Source of the DNA: Pavona decussata
Taxonomy: Eukaryota
Assembly (NCBI GenBank): GCA_977016875.1
Contig: CDRNST010000180.1
Coordinates: forward strand, 930,001 to 994,000
Direction: 5' to 3'
DNA length: 64,000 nucleotides
Shown: piece by piece, positions 1 through 14,200 of the stretch
How positions within the stretch are numbered: position 1 is the first letter of the stretch
Layout of the letters: each line of letters opens with the position of its first letter
Notes under the pieces: generated by a model
Told to the model about the DNA's origin: nothing
The model's database searches: none
Seen by the model: the letters and a program-made list of their open reading frames with translations, nothing else
Made by a program: the position numbers and the translations under genes

Positions 1-405
1 AGTCCCAAAAGAAAAGAAACCGGGTGAGTCTTAATTTGAGGAATGTTAGGAATGCTAGTAGATTCTACTAGCATTCCTTTGCGGAACTTACAGTCGAGCC
101 CGCCTGCGTCCTGTCATGGTGTCGCATGGAACTAACTCTATCTTCTTGAAGGAAATTGGATGTTTTTGCTCGAATTTGTCGTCAAAACATGTACTCGGAA
201 TTTCAAGTTTTGATTGCGTAACACACTTACAGACAGCACATCCATGGTTTTAGAGCGATTTTCAGCACAATGCGGAACAATTTCGACGGATTTAGTTGCC
301 TTTCACCGATCGATGAATCGGTAGTGCGGTTTTCATACCGCGTGTCATACTAGTTATCAAAGCTCGCGCCATTCTCCCGACCGAACGAAGCTAAACCAAA
401 ACTAA

Positions 406-554
406 GAAAATCCTTGAATAACAAGGACTGGAACCAGGTTTGTGAGCCCGCGAGAATGGCACCCCCCCCCCCCCCCCCCCCCGCCGAAACCATGTTTTTG
501 CGAAAACCGCTGGGCTCTGAAACCTGGTTTAGGGCCTTGTTATCTAAGGTCTTC
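406..554. mobile_element. Short non-autonomous TIR element (MITE) with 10-bp TSD
   Basis: Imperfect TIRs GAAAATCCTTGAATAACAAGG / CCTTGTTATCTAAGGTCTTC, flanked by CCAAAACTAA at 396-405 and 555-564; second copy at 52307-52448. Confidence 0.8.
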
Positions 555-1738
555 CCAAAACTAACCGTGTCTTGGTCGCACGCGTTTTCCTGCGCTTGAC
601 ACCGGTTACACGCATTTGCTTCATTACGCTTTTACCTTAATCTTCTTTACTTTCTTTCTTACCTTAATGATTTCAAATCGCGAAATTAAAGACCCGCAAA
701 TAAATTTAAAGCCCTGGTATGAAATCCTTTCATAAACTGACTTCAACGTCTGTTTACATGATTATCATGATATTTTTACCCTTTGTCCTTGTTCAATCTC
801 AGTTTCGTTGTTCGTAAATGACGAAGTGGTAGAATAAGAGAAAGCAAGGGTCACCGAGCTATTGAAAGACGAGTCAACTCTCGTTCCAAAGACGCGTTTC
901 AAGAAATCGGAAAGCAAGTAAACATGTCATCGTGGAAATTTCGTTTTGTTCAGTATCATAACAAAGCATTGCTTTGTGAAATTTTAAACAAAATTCATAT
1001 GCCAGTCTTAAGAACGCCATTTTGTTTAGTTCCTTTTCACAGTTTTTTTTTTTTTTTTTTTGCCTAATCACGAAATTTCCCGTTTCATTTTCAGGAGATT
1101 AAGTTCCCTGTTAAAAAACAACAAGGACGATCTATTCCATTACACCAGCGTAATTACTTGTTTGTTTCTTTTTTCGACACCTTATCGAAAACCGCTCTAA
1201 TTAGTTGACGGTGTTTTGACCGTCTGTCGATCAAGAATAGTTGACCCAAAGTCCTCTTGAAGACAGGCTAAGTTAAGATCAAGATAGATCTTTTTGTTTA
1301 CTTTATTGCTTTTTCGGTAGGAGCAGTTAATTTTCACTAAATGGCCGCAAACATGATATTTACGTGTTTGCTTATTTGGTTTGTTCAGTTTTCTATACCA
1401 GAAACCGACGCTGAGACTTTTGCTAAGTAGTAAGCGCTTGGAAGGAAGAGGGAGAGGGGTGTGGCATCGAAAACGGTTGAAATCTGACCGAAAGGTTGAA
1501 GAATTTGCATGAATCCTGTAATCCTAAACGCATTCCAGGCCAATAATTACAGCCTCTTTCCCAGATTTCCAAACACTTACCGAGAGAACCATGCTCTTTG
1601 TCACCTTGAGATGCAACGAGTGACGTCAGATGCATCCCAATGACGAGTGAGGGAGGGAGGGGGGGGGGGGGGTGGTTGCAATTTCTAAACATCAAAACCT
1701 CTTCTACTGAATTAATTACCTTCCTTATCAAGTTCCAG

Positions 1739-4700
1739 ATCCTGTTGCCTTTTTCCCTCTCAATGCTGCGTATGGTACCAAGGAAATCAAGAATCGTGTA
1801 GCCCTTGTGGTCTCCAATGGGGTAAGTCTGGCTGAAGGCCCTGACGGTACACCTGACAGCGCTTACGAATTTGCTGGAACTGTAAACAGTTATATCGAGT
1901 TTCCAAACACTGAAGGAGGACCTTTGGATGTGCGCTACTCAATGACAATGCTATGCTGGGTGTACCATTTTGGCCAAGACGGACCTCTCTTTAACTACAA
2001 GACGAGTGGACCCTGGGGGGTGCACCTGTGGGTGGTAGCCGGCCAACTTTTTGTCCGCTTTACCCACCGAAATTACGTTTTTACAGGCGCCTTACTCAAC
2101 ACACATCTAGCTGGTGGATGGAAGTTTGTTGGTGCTTCCTATGACGGCGGTTCTGGTGACGCAAAGCTGTGGGTCAATGGAGCCGTGGTTCAGACATTGA
2201 ACATCGGAGCGGGTATGGATCTAGCCACACAAGACAACATCAGAATGGGAGTGAAGAGTGGTGATGGAAGGTACTTCAAAGGCAGGATCGCCCAGATGCA
2301 GGTGTACAACAGCGCCTTGAGTCAGGAGCAAATACAGGCAATCGATAATAGGATGCAAGGTAAGTGTTTTGCTTGTTCAACATTCTATGGAAAACCGTTC
2401 TATTTTGGCACAGTGTTTTGACCGTCTGTCGAACGAGAATTTTTGACAAAGGGTCTCTTGAAGACAGACTCTAAGCTAAGACCAAGGTATATCTTTTTGT
2501 TTACTTTATTGTTTTTCAGTGCGAGCACTAAATTGCACTGTTAGTGCAATAGGGGAGACATAAGCATGGCTATCGGAGTTTGGATTCATGAATCTGAAAT
2601 TAAACCCACTATCTATAAACTTTTACTCTTAGATTTTTAAACTACCTGAAAAAGAAAAGATAAGATAATTTATTTAATGTCAAATATACAGGGGGTGGTC
2701 TCCCAGTCCCCCGAGCCACAGGCTCATGATAAAAGTGTTTGACAATATAAAAGAAAGTTAATATCGTCAATAGCTACTAAGAAAAAAATTCTGCTTTGTG
2801 CGAATGAAAAGCATTGAATGCCGTTTTTTTGTCTAAAAAAGGCAAATGGCCTCCATTTTGATGTTGGGAGAAAGAGCTTTACAAGTGTTGTAAGTAGTAC
2901 TGTAATGGTAGTAAGCACTGCAATACGTAACATGCAAAGATTTCATGACACACAAATTTCCCGAGTAAAAGAATGATCGGTTGCATTGAATGTGCGCTAC
3001 TTCAAAATACCTCTCTACGTTATCTTAGTTTATCTGGTACCCAGATCTCCCGCGTAAGTTTCACCACATTCTCGTCCCCAGAGCCGCCTGGTCCTCTTAG
3101 CCGCTGGAGGCTGGGCACGAAGACCAAGTGGCTCTGGGGACACAGGATTACGGAAGTCCTAGATTCTAGGACTTCCGGTATTCATGTATGAAGTCTTGAA
3201 ATGTCATTAAATTTAGAGAGGATAACATGGCGGCTGCTAGGGGCGAAAAAAGTTTATTGAGATACTGGCGAATGTTCTGCGTCTTCTCATTTTGGAATCG
3301 ATTCTTCTTCGTGAGCAGCTTGGGAACGCAATTAGAATTATTGTCGAAAAAAGGAGGGATGTGTCAGATGTCTCTGCCTTCGACAAATCCTTGATATTCC
3401 AGCTTTGCTTTGCTTTGCCTTTAGCTTTGCCCTTTGTTTTGACTCATGGCTGGAGGTCAGTGACTCCATCATTTTTGTCGCATCGCCGTTGAATGCGCTG
3501 ATGCGGGATCAGATATCAAACTTAACAGCATGAAACTACCATCTGCAATGATTCTTTGAGGCGAATCGTTAGACTTCTCTGTATCCCAAATGGAAGGAAT
3601 ATTAAGTGTATTTAAGTTTATTGGGAAAAAAATTGGAAGATTTTGGTCAGTGTTGAGATTAGGGAAAAGATAAAAGCAGCTATAGATGATGAGGCACGTC
3701 TCATTGCAGAATGGTAACAAGTTTTATTCTACTTCTTTTTACAATAAACATATAGATACTCTAGAACTATATACTTTGTGATCAGCCTAAATCACACTAT
3801 ACAAACCTGTGAGGGTTAATCTGTCATTATATTAAAGTTGTATAATGTTATGCAAATCATTAACGGGAAAATGACTACAGTACGTTCGCACTTTTAGGAT
3901 GGGACTGGTGTTTCTATGTTTATTACACCTATTTTAAAATCACTGGTGATCTTGCAATCCGATTGGCTCTCAACAGTGCGATTTATTCGCGAATCACTAT
4001 CTTTTGTCCGCAAATCGCTCCCTTTAGCCCATGAAAATAAAATGAAATAATAAGAACCACTTAAAAAACGGGTTTCTTGAAGCAGCCTCTTATAACATTG
4101 ACAAAAAAAAAAGCGATTTCAAAATGGGTGTAATAAATTACTAAATATTGAACTTTGCACTCCACTCAGTTCTATTAATTAACAATTATGCTTTTAATAA
4201 TTTTAATACATGAATGCCATAAGAAGAATAATCTGTGCCCATACTGTTATACAGATGACTCATTATTATCAGACAAACTAGTAACGCTAGCACTCCATCT
4301 TTAGTATTTATGCCTGCAAATTAACTACCATACAGATTCATCGGATTGGATTATCCATCTCTGCTATAAATTCACCCATTTTGACTTCAGCATTATTTAA
4401 CTCATTCACTTATTATATTACACATTGACCATTTGCGTGTTTAATCATGTTATGTAGCCTTCAATAGACTTATTTTGAGTTCATTGGGTTCAATGAGTGT
4501 TCCAAATATTAAGTAAATTTAAAAGTTGTTCTAAAAAACACCAAATGTTGAATGCAATTTCTATTCTGACAATTTTTCTATTATACAATTTTAAGGAATT
4601 TTCATATTTTCAGTGACACTCTTTTTATGTCTCAAAGATAATTTTAGCTAGTATTAGATTTTAAGGGATGATAATGCACATGTAAATTAATTGTGTTGCC

Positions 4701-5725
4701 CTCTTCCACTTTCAAGTAGGTAATTTCCCAAATTCCACCACCACCCCCTCCCCCTCCCCCGAAAAAAAAAATAATATTATAGGGAAATAATTATTTTTTA
4801 GATCTGTTCCTGGTATGCTAAGTGCCATGTTTCCAAATGTACCAATAGTTGCACTGACAGTGTCAGCAACAGAGAAAACAAGAGATATAATTTCAAATTC
4901 CTTTGAGATAGTGGATCCTGTCATCATCTCATTGAAGGGAACTCAAACAGAAAGTACATATTTTACACTGCTGCTAGATATCACAAACATTAAATAGAGG
5001 CCTTCTTGCTGCCTTACATCGCAAAGCTAAAGGAGCTGAGAGAGATTTCCCTTCAGTACTGTACTTTATTCAGGTTAGAAATTTGTGGGGAACGGCGCTC
5101 CAGCCATTTGTGATCGTCGCTTGAGCGAGAAGCAGTTTGCACCGATAGGCTCGGGAAATTTAGCCATTCAGTTGGCGTAGAACTGCGAGCTCTTTCACTT
5201 TTGTCTCAGCCAACGAAAGCTCCTGCGAAGATAGACTATTTTTCATGAAAGACTGCAATTCGTAAATGTTTTTTTTTGTGAAAGCAAGGTTGATGGAGTT
5301 TTTTTAAGGAAAATTATCATCGAGCGAAACTTCCCTTCCCGATACTCTAACTGAGACTCCACACCGTGTTTCCTTCACGAAACTATTGACAGATCAGTGG
5401 TTTCTAATTAAAACCCGTTTGATTATAACACCTACAGATGTTTAAAACATTTACCAACGGCTTTTTCGGAGAATCTTTAGCGATTTTTTATCGTCCGCCA
5501 TCGTTTTGACGATACTTTTATTTTTCGCGCCAGGCCGCCAGTCGCCGATCCCTCGCTCTGTCGCTAACATTTTCACTTCCGTTTTAGATTTCTATTGTTG
5601 AGAACTAGCCAATCAAATCCTGTGTCCCCAGAGCCTCCTTTCCCTCGTGCGAAGGCCCCGCCGGCTAAGAGGGACAGGAGGCTCTGGGGACGAGAATGGT
5701 TTCACCATAGACTAAGCACTGTAAT

Positions 5726-5781
<56 letters not shown>

Positions 5782-5809
5782 TTCATTCTTACTTGTCTTA
5801 ACAGTCTGA
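1739..5809 (+). CDS. 3' part of LamG/ConA-like domain protein, paralog 1: domain exon 1739-2359 plus terminal mini-exon 5805-5809
   Basis: Exon TTCCAG|AT...CAAG|GTAAG (621 nt, phase 1-1) encodes DPVAFFPLN...SMTMLCWVY...WKFVGASYD...KLWVNG...YFKGRIAQMQVYNSALS (LamG_3/pentraxin-like pattern). Terminal exon TAACAG|TC TGA followed by AATAAA near 5896. No 5' exons recognisable in the window. Confidence 0.8.
3067..5698 (+). mobile_element. Decayed AcademH-like DNA transposon
   Basis: Termini CATTCTCGTCCCCAGAGCC / GGCTCTGGGGACGAGAATG; exact 9-bp TSD GTTTCACCA (3058-3066, 5699-5707); empty site in the paralogous intron at 18248-18256; internal RecQ-like remnants. Confidence 0.8.
4815..5090 (+). pseudogene. 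Frameshifted RecQ-like SF2 helicase fragment inside the transposon
   Basis: AMFPNVPIVALTVSATEKTRDIISNSFEIVDPVII matches the RecQ motif III region (FPxVPxxALTATAT); a downstream shifted frame reads IEAFLLPYIAKLKELRE. Confidence 0.7.
5728..5783. repeat. (TTTA)n microsatellite
   Basis: Direct reading; lies just upstream of the terminal-exon acceptor. Confidence 0.95.
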
Positions 5810-8220
5810 GCCGGCAGAGAAGACCAGTTCAGAAATTAACCACCAAACTAGCTGAAAGCATTGGCTTTAAAACTTGTATTAGATGTCAAGCGCAGAATAA
5901 ATTCATTTCAAAACTGTTCAATGTTTGTAGTACTTTTTTGTGAGACAAAACTTTTCTGTGGAGAATGATGGGTTATTCAGTCAGTAGCACGACCATACAA
6001 AGAAAAAAGAAATCCGAGTTCTCCCAATAAGTCTTCCTCACTTTGTTTAACATGTGAGCAAACGCCACTAAACTTGGCAGCTATTCGTGAAATTGCTTTG
6101 TAAGGAATTTGTTGTAATGGCGTTGACATAAACTATATTATATGTTAATTAAATGGCGTTGACAGGCAGGTTTTCAGAAATTGGACCATTTTTGAATTAA
6201 AACTGACAAATCTCCTACGGTGATTTTTGTACCACTAGATTATTTGGTGTTTTTGCTATTGGTTTTGATAATTTTGAGGTCAGATTTGGTTGATTTCTGA
6301 ATGCGGGGGAATAAAAAATATAAATTGGTTGATCCGCCATGTGATATGACGGCGACCGTTTGAAAATTATGACGTAATTCGCGCGTTACGTCAGCTAACT
6401 AGGCTTCAAAGGAAAGTTTCCCTTCCTACGCTATGCCCATCCCCTAAACCCAGATTGAGGGCCATAAAAAGCTTGATATAGGTTGGGCCGAGTTAAAAAG
6501 GAAACGTGAAGTAATTTAAGTTTCATTCCAACTTAATTTACTTACATAAACATCTCTATCAAATTTCTACCGTTTAATTTAAAAGAAGACGATATTCGTG
6601 TACATCAGATCCTTGCTCGTTCAACTTCGAATTAATAATACTCTTCACTTGCGGGTGTAAAAGCTCCCTGAAAGAAGATATAGCGGTAATCTCTTCGTAA
6701 ATGGCAACGCTTCATAGCGACGTTGCAGGATGTATCGTTCTTAACCAAACCAATACGTGTTCAGAAATGTTCCGCTTCCACGATTGAAGATAATCAGAAC
6801 AATTTCCTACCTTGTTTAAAATTACAATTGCATCGAGCAATTAGCCAAGTCAGACTAAACCATTCTTCTAAACCGTCAATAAATGTTTTAAAGTAAATTG
6901 GAAAGGTAAAATTAATAATAATGGCCAATCCTTCAGTCATGTTCTGTGCATATTAAGTAAGTCCTTCGGCTGATATATTCAAAACGCCCACGTTACCCCC
7001 ACACCTCACTAACCAATGTATTATAGTTCTTTCAAAAAAAGGGAAAAAAAGAGCCACATGAGGTAACATCTGTTCTCTTAGCTCGTTGGCAGCTTAGAGA
7101 TAGCCATACCTCTAGTTTATTATAATATTCATTAACATTTTCAAACATCAAGTGAATATGAGAGTACAGCTTATACACACAGGCCTCAGTCTCCTGAACA
7201 AGAAAAAGGTTATACAGTATTACATAAAGGAGTGCTTGGGAAAAAGAATATCACTAATAAATACTTATCCAGTGTGTTGCTTTTTCCACCTTGCAAACGC
7301 AAGCAAGTAAGATCATCATAAATATCATTGGGTGTGAACACCACCTTAGAATTACTGAGGTCAACTGATTCAGACTGCGCTCTGCCAACTAGTTCATCAG
7401 TTACTGTAAACTTCTTTCTCTTGCTTGCGGACTGTTATCTATCTAAAGAGGGAAAAACACTCGACTCTGGATTACCTAAGATTTGACTTTGCACTTGGAG
7501 TTGCCTGTAATGCGAGAATCTCCAGCGATAGCTTACAGTCCATGCCAGGGCAAGTAGGCTCACGTGTAAATCGCAAGCCAAAGTTGAACAAAGTACAGTT
7601 GAAAAAATATCGAAAACACTTCTGAATGAGGTTAAAATACATCAGTTGTAGCCAGCAGTGCCCATACCCCCGGGCATTAAGAGTTTTGGAAAGCAAACCG
7701 GAAAATGCCTCACAGCGGGGACAAAAAGCTGTTCAAATGCCCCACGATACAGCTAAAAAGATGAGGTGATTTATTCGGTCCTGGGCTTAACTTCATTCTA
7801 ATTCAGACCAAACTAAGTCTTAAACGAGTCTTATTTCTTTATGTTGCTCCAGAGTTCGTTCCTTGTGTACTCTACCATCTCATTTCGTCCTCTTAAACAA
7901 AGTTAATCACAAAGTTTATCGTCTTTGCCGATGAACTTATCAGTGACAGTACTGTGAGGTGTAAATCATGAGACCACGAAATACCTCGGGGTGGACTAAT
8001 GTCTGCCCCCGGGACGGACAATGAGGGAAATGGGGAAGAAAATCTCAAATCTTTTCATCAGCGCTTAAGCACTCAAGCTAACATCTGATTGGAGCATCAA
8101 ATAAAAACGAAAACGTCAATGATATCCGATTGTTATCCGGGGATAAAAACGTGTGACTCTCTGATACTGATCAATATTGGTGATTTCAGTGGTCAGGAAC
8201 AGATCTTGAGCGCTGAGAAA

Positions 8221-11200
8221 ATGCATCACTTCGCCTCCTTTGTCGTGTGTATCGTTTTGGTGGTAATTGTTCAAGGGACAAATCCTAATGAGTCGGACCA
8301 GCACCAAGGTACGGTTAAAAGCCTACGCGGACTGCTGGAAAACGTCTTGAAAAGACTGGAGCGATTGGAAAAGAAAGTGAAGGAACATAGCACAATTCTT
8401 GGTGATTGTTGCCATAAAACTAAAGGTAAGACCGTTTTCGATCATCTTTACCTCCTCTTTACTGAAGCCTACCCAAAGTGAAAAACAACAGTTAACGCTT
8501 ATCGTGTCGTTAATTTGTGAGGTTTGTAAAATTGTGGAATTCCCGCGTAGCAAGTCCGATGAGTCCAGGAGCTCTAAACGACAATAAAATTGTTTTGGCA
8601 GCAATTTAAAAAAGAAAATGTCAATTTAAATTAAGGTTTCTTTGTTCTGAATGGAAAACTACAAAGACTTTTTGGCAAAAACAACGTGCGTCGCGTCACA
8701 GCTATAAAATAAGACGTGATGGAGTATCGGATTAATCGGGTGACTTATGTAGACGCGCTTTGGCGGGAAGTCTCATGTGGAGACAAGCTGTTTCGCTAAA
8801 ATAAGTGTTTCCTCTTAGTGTAATTCGTTGATTGACATTTGATTTATTAATTAACTGCGTCATTGACAGTTGGTGGCGCAAGCGCTAAGTACAGTTGACT
8901 TTGAGTTCCAACACGTTTTCCATGTTAGAGAGCAGTGGTTGTTTTTACCACGCTAACCTGTTCTGCTGACCGGTTTTGCCGACCTGCTTTATACTGGAAA
9001 GTTTTGACTGGTGACGCCACAGAAAAAAGTATTATGTTTTGTAACCGATTGGATTTTGAGTGTTGTAATTTTATATTTCTCGCACGCAATTTTCATGAAT
9101 CGCTAGCTATTAGATTTCAATAGAATTATGTATTGTTTCTTACAGATCCAATAAAACTAAAATTAAAGATTATACAATTCCGTGTCCAGTCATCTATCCA
9201 AGAACCATTTTTCCCCGGACCACACGGTTTTCTTCTTATTTAAGTCTCAAAAGTGCAATTTATTGGGCTCTAATGCGCATACGCTAAGTGTGGGGCAAGA
9301 GTAAGCCTTAGGAGTAAACCCAATATTGAATTTGTCGATGGATCGCGAACGTGACAAAGTTTAAGTTGTGTCAGCTTTTCGCGGTAAAAGCACTCACAGA
9401 CCAGCAACTACGTTTAATACTCACACCAGAAATCCTTTTTTGCAATGCCGCGAGAGGACACCATCTCCGCTTTCAAGCGATTTCTTTTTGAAATACTGAA
9501 AAATGATGGGAGGAAGCAAACCAAGATGTCTTTGGGCGTGTAAAACAAAGATTAAGAGATTTACGTGAATTCAAGTGAAACTCAAGCTCCAGAGAGCAAG
9601 GAATAGTCAAGTTGGGATTAGCGAGTTCAATAGAGTTGGACTTTGCCTTGAGATGTACTTCAAGTTGGGGTTGACTACATCGAACCTTTGAAAGCTGACC
9701 GAAAGCCACTTTAAAAATTAACAGTAAAGAATATTTCAGTCCTAACTGTTTTGGATTCCATTTACTGAGCATACTGATCTCTTGAACTAAATTACTTTCT
9801 TTATCAAGTTCTAGATCCTGTTGCCTTTTTCCCTCTCAATGCCGCGTATGGTACCAAGGAAATCAAGAATCGTGCAGCCCAAGGGGTCCCCAGTGGGGTA
9901 AGTCTGGCTCCAGGCCCTGATGGTAAAGTTAACGGCTCTTATGAGTTTTCCGGAACCGCAAACAGTTATATCGAGTTTTCAAACTCTGAAGGAGGGCCTT
10001 TGGATGTGCGCTACTCAATGACGATGCTATGCTGGGTGTACTATAACGGCCAAGACGGACCTCTCTTTAACTACGAGAAGAGTGCAACTTGGGGAGTGCA
10101 CATGTGGGTGGCCAATGGCCAACTTTTTGTCCGCTTTACAAAACGAGATTACACTTCTACGACCAACTTACTCCACACACCACTGGCTGGTGGATGGAAG
10201 TTTGTTGGTGCGTCTTATGACGGCGGTTCCGGTGACGCAAAGCTGTGGGTCAATGGAGCCGTGGTTCAGAAATTGAACATCGGAGCGGGTCTTGATCTAG
10301 CCACACAAGACAACATCAGAATGGGAGTGAAGACTGGTGATAGAAGGTACTTTAAAGGAAGGATCGCCCAGATGCAGGTGTACAATCACGCCTTCAGTCA
10401 GGAACAAATGGAGGCAATCTATAAAAGGATGCAAGGTACGTCAGTTTTGTTTGTTCAACATTCAACCAAAAACCGTTCTATTTTGGCACAGTGTTTAGAC
10501 CGTCTGTCGAACAAGCATTTCTGACCAGGGATCTTTTGAAGACATGCTCTAAGCTAAAATTAGGTGATTTCTTTTGGTCTACTTTATTGTTATTTTTAGT
10601 AGGAGCACGAAATTTCCTTTAAAATGACACCAAACATGATATCTATGTGTTTGTTTATTTCGCTTGTTGTTTTTTATATATTCAACCTATTGTTTAACTC
10701 TGTATTTCGTGTTTGTAGCTTATACTTAGAGACCACCACATTAGCAAGGCTTTAATTTAATCGGTTTAANNNNNNNNNNNNNNNNNNNNNNNNNNNNNNN
10801 NNNNNNNNNNNNNNNNNNNNNNNNNNNNNNNNNNNNNNNNNNNNNNNNNNNNNNNNNNNNNNNNNNNNNNNNNNNNNNNNNNNNNNNNNNNNNNNNNNNN
10901 NNNNNNNNNNNNNNNNNNNNNNNNNNNNNNNNNNNNNNNNNNNNNTTTATGCTAAAATAGAAAACGCTTCGAAGGAAAAGGGTGGGTGGTATCGAGAGAA
11001 AACATCGTTTTCGTAATGAAAACCGTTGATATCTGACCGAAAGGTTGAAGAATTAGCGTGAATCCTGTAATCCTAAACACATTCCAGGTTAATAACTACA
11101 GCCTCTTTCCCAGATCCCTACACACTTATCGAGCGAACTTAGCGTTTTGTCAGCTCATGCAACGAGTGATGTCAGATTTGACGCAAGGAAGAGTGGGAAG

Positions 11201-14200
11201 TGACTGCTATTTCTTAACATCAAAACCTCTTGTACTGAATTTTAAAATTACTTTCCTAATCAAGTTCTAGATCCTGTTGCCTTCTTCCCTCTCGATGGCG
11301 CGCATGGCACAAGGGAGATCAAGAATCGTGTAGCCCAAGGGGTCTCCAGTGGAGTAAGTCTGGCTCCAGGCCCTGATGGTAAAGTTAACGGCTCTTATGA
11401 GTTTTCCGGAACCGCAAACAGTTATATCGAGTTTCCAAACTCTGAAGGAGGGCCTTTGGATGTGCGCTACTCAATGACGATGCTATGCTGGGTGTACTAT
11501 AACGGCCAAGACGGACCTCTCTTTAACTACGAGAAGAGTGCAACTTGGGGAGTGCACATGTGGGTGGCCAATGGCCAACTTTTTGTCCGCTTTACAAAAC
11601 GAGATTACACTTCTACGACCAACTTACTCCACTCACCACTGGCTGGTGGATGGAAGTTTGTTGGCGCGTCCTATGACGGCGGTTCCGGTGACGCAAAGCT
11701 GTGGGTCAATGGAGCCGTGGTTCAGAAATTGAACATCGGAGCGGGTCTTGATCTAGCCACACAAGACAACATCAGAATGGGAGTGAAGACTGGTGATAGA
11801 AGGTACTTCAAAGGAAGGATCGCCCAGATGCAGGTGTACAACAGCGCCTTGAGTCAGGAACAAATAGAGGCAATGTATAAGAAGATGCAAGGTACGTCTG
11901 CTTTGTTTGTTCAAAATTCCATCGAAAACCGTTCTATTTTGGCACAGTCTTTAGACCGTCTGTCGAACGAGAATTTCTGACCAAGGATCTCTTGAAGACA
12001 TGCTCTAAGCTGAGATTAAGTGATTCTTTTTGTCTACTTGATTGTTTTTTTAGGTAGGAGCACGAAATTTCCTTTAAAATGACACCAAACATGATATTTA
12101 ATTACGTGTTTGTTTACTTCGCATGTTCAGTTTTTTATATATTCAACCTATTGTTTTAATCTGAATTTCGTATTTGTAGTTTATTCTTTGAGACAACCAC
12201 ATTAGCTATGCTTTAATTTAATCGTTTAAAATAGTTTTATTGTTATCATCATCATCATAATCATCATTATCATCATCATCATCATCATCATTATTATTAA
12301 GAGAAATCGACGTTGAGATTTATGCTAAAATAGAAAACGCTTCGAAGGAAAAGGGTGGGTGGCATCGAGAGAAAACATCGCTTTCGTAATGAAAACCGTT
12401 GATATCTGACCGAAAGGTTGAAGAATTAGCGTGAATCCTGTAATCCTAAACACATTCCAGGTTAATAACTACAGCCTCTTTCCCAGATCCCTACACACTT
12501 ATCGAGCGAACTTAGCGTTTTGTCAGCTCATGCAACGAGTGATGTCAGATTTGACGCAAGGAAGAGTGGGAAGTGCCTGCAATTTCTTAACATCAAAACC
12601 TCTTGTACTGAATTTTAAAATTACTTTCCTAATCAAGTTCTAGATCCTGTTGCCTTCTTCCCTCTCGATGGCGCGCATGGCACTAGGGAGATCAAGAATC
12701 GTGTAGCCCAAGGGGTCCCCAGTGGGGTAAGTCTGGCTCCAGGCCCTGATGGTAAAGTTAACGGCTCTTATGAGTTTTCCGGAACCGCAAACAGTTATAT
12801 CGAGTTTCCAAACTCTGAAGGAGGGCCTTTGGATGTGCGCTACTCAATGACGATGCTATGCTGGGTGTACTATAACGGCCAAGACGGACCTCTCTTTAAC
12901 TACGAGAAGAGTGCAACTTGGGGAGTGCACATGTGGGTGGCCAATGGCCAACTTTTTGTCCGCTTTACAAAACGAGATTACACTTCTACGACCAACTTAC
13001 TCCACACGCCACTGGCTGGTGGATGGAAGTTTGTTGGTGCGTCCTATGACGGCGGTTCCGGTCACACAAAGCTGTGGATCAATGGAGCCGTGGTTCAGAA
13101 ATTGAACATCGGAGCGGGTCTTGATCTAGCCACACAGGACAACATCAGAATGGGAGTGAAGACTGGTGATAGAAGGTACTTTAAAGGAAGGATCGCCCAG
13201 ATGCAGGTGTACAAGCACGCCTTAAGTCAGGAACAAATAGAGGCAATCTATAAGAGGATGGAAGGTACGTCTGTTTTGTTTGTTCAACATTCAATCAAAA
13301 ACCGTTCTATTTTGGCACAGTGTTTTGACCGTCTGTCGAACGAGAATTTCTGACCAAGGGTCTCTTGAAGACATGCTCTAAGCTGAGATTAAGTGATTCT
13401 TTTTGTCTACTTTATTGTTTTTTGTAGGTAAGAGCACGAAATTTCCTTTAAAATGACACCAAACATAATATTTATGTGTTTGTTTATTTCGCCTGTTCAA
13501 TTTTTTATCTATTCAACCTATTGGGTACTAAAGAACCCACTCACTGTTCGCAAAGAGTAGGGGACGTAGTTCCCGGTGTTGTGGTCTGGTCTTTGTGCGT
13601 ATATTCCGTATATCCCGGGTCCGCAGTAATTGGCTTTAGCTGTTGCGATATCCCTGTCCATATTGGACAAAGCTAAATAAATAAATATTGTTTTAATCTG
13701 AATTTCGTATTTGTAGTTTATACTTAGAGACGACCACATTAGCTGTGCTTTAATTTAATCGTTTTAAATAAATGGTTTTATTGTTATCATCATCATCATC
13801 ATCATTATTATTAAGAGAAATCGACGTTGAGATTTATGCTAAAATAGAAAACGCTTGGAAGGAAAAGGGTGGGTGGCATCGAGAGAAAACATCGCTTTCG
13901 TAATGAAAACCGTTGATATCTGACCGAAAGGTTGAAGAATTAGCGTGAATCCTGTAATCCTAAACACATTCCAGGTTAATAACTACAGCCTCTTTCCCAG
14001 ATCCCTACACACTTATCGAGCGAACTTAGCGTTTTGTCAGCTCATGCAGCGAGTGATGTCAGATTTGACACAAGGAAGAGTGGGAAGTGCCTGCAATTTC
14101 TTAACATCAAAACCTCTTGTACTGAATTTTAAAATTACTTTCCTAATCAAGTTCTAGATCCTGTTGCCTTTTTCCCGCTCGATGGCGCGCATGGCACAAG

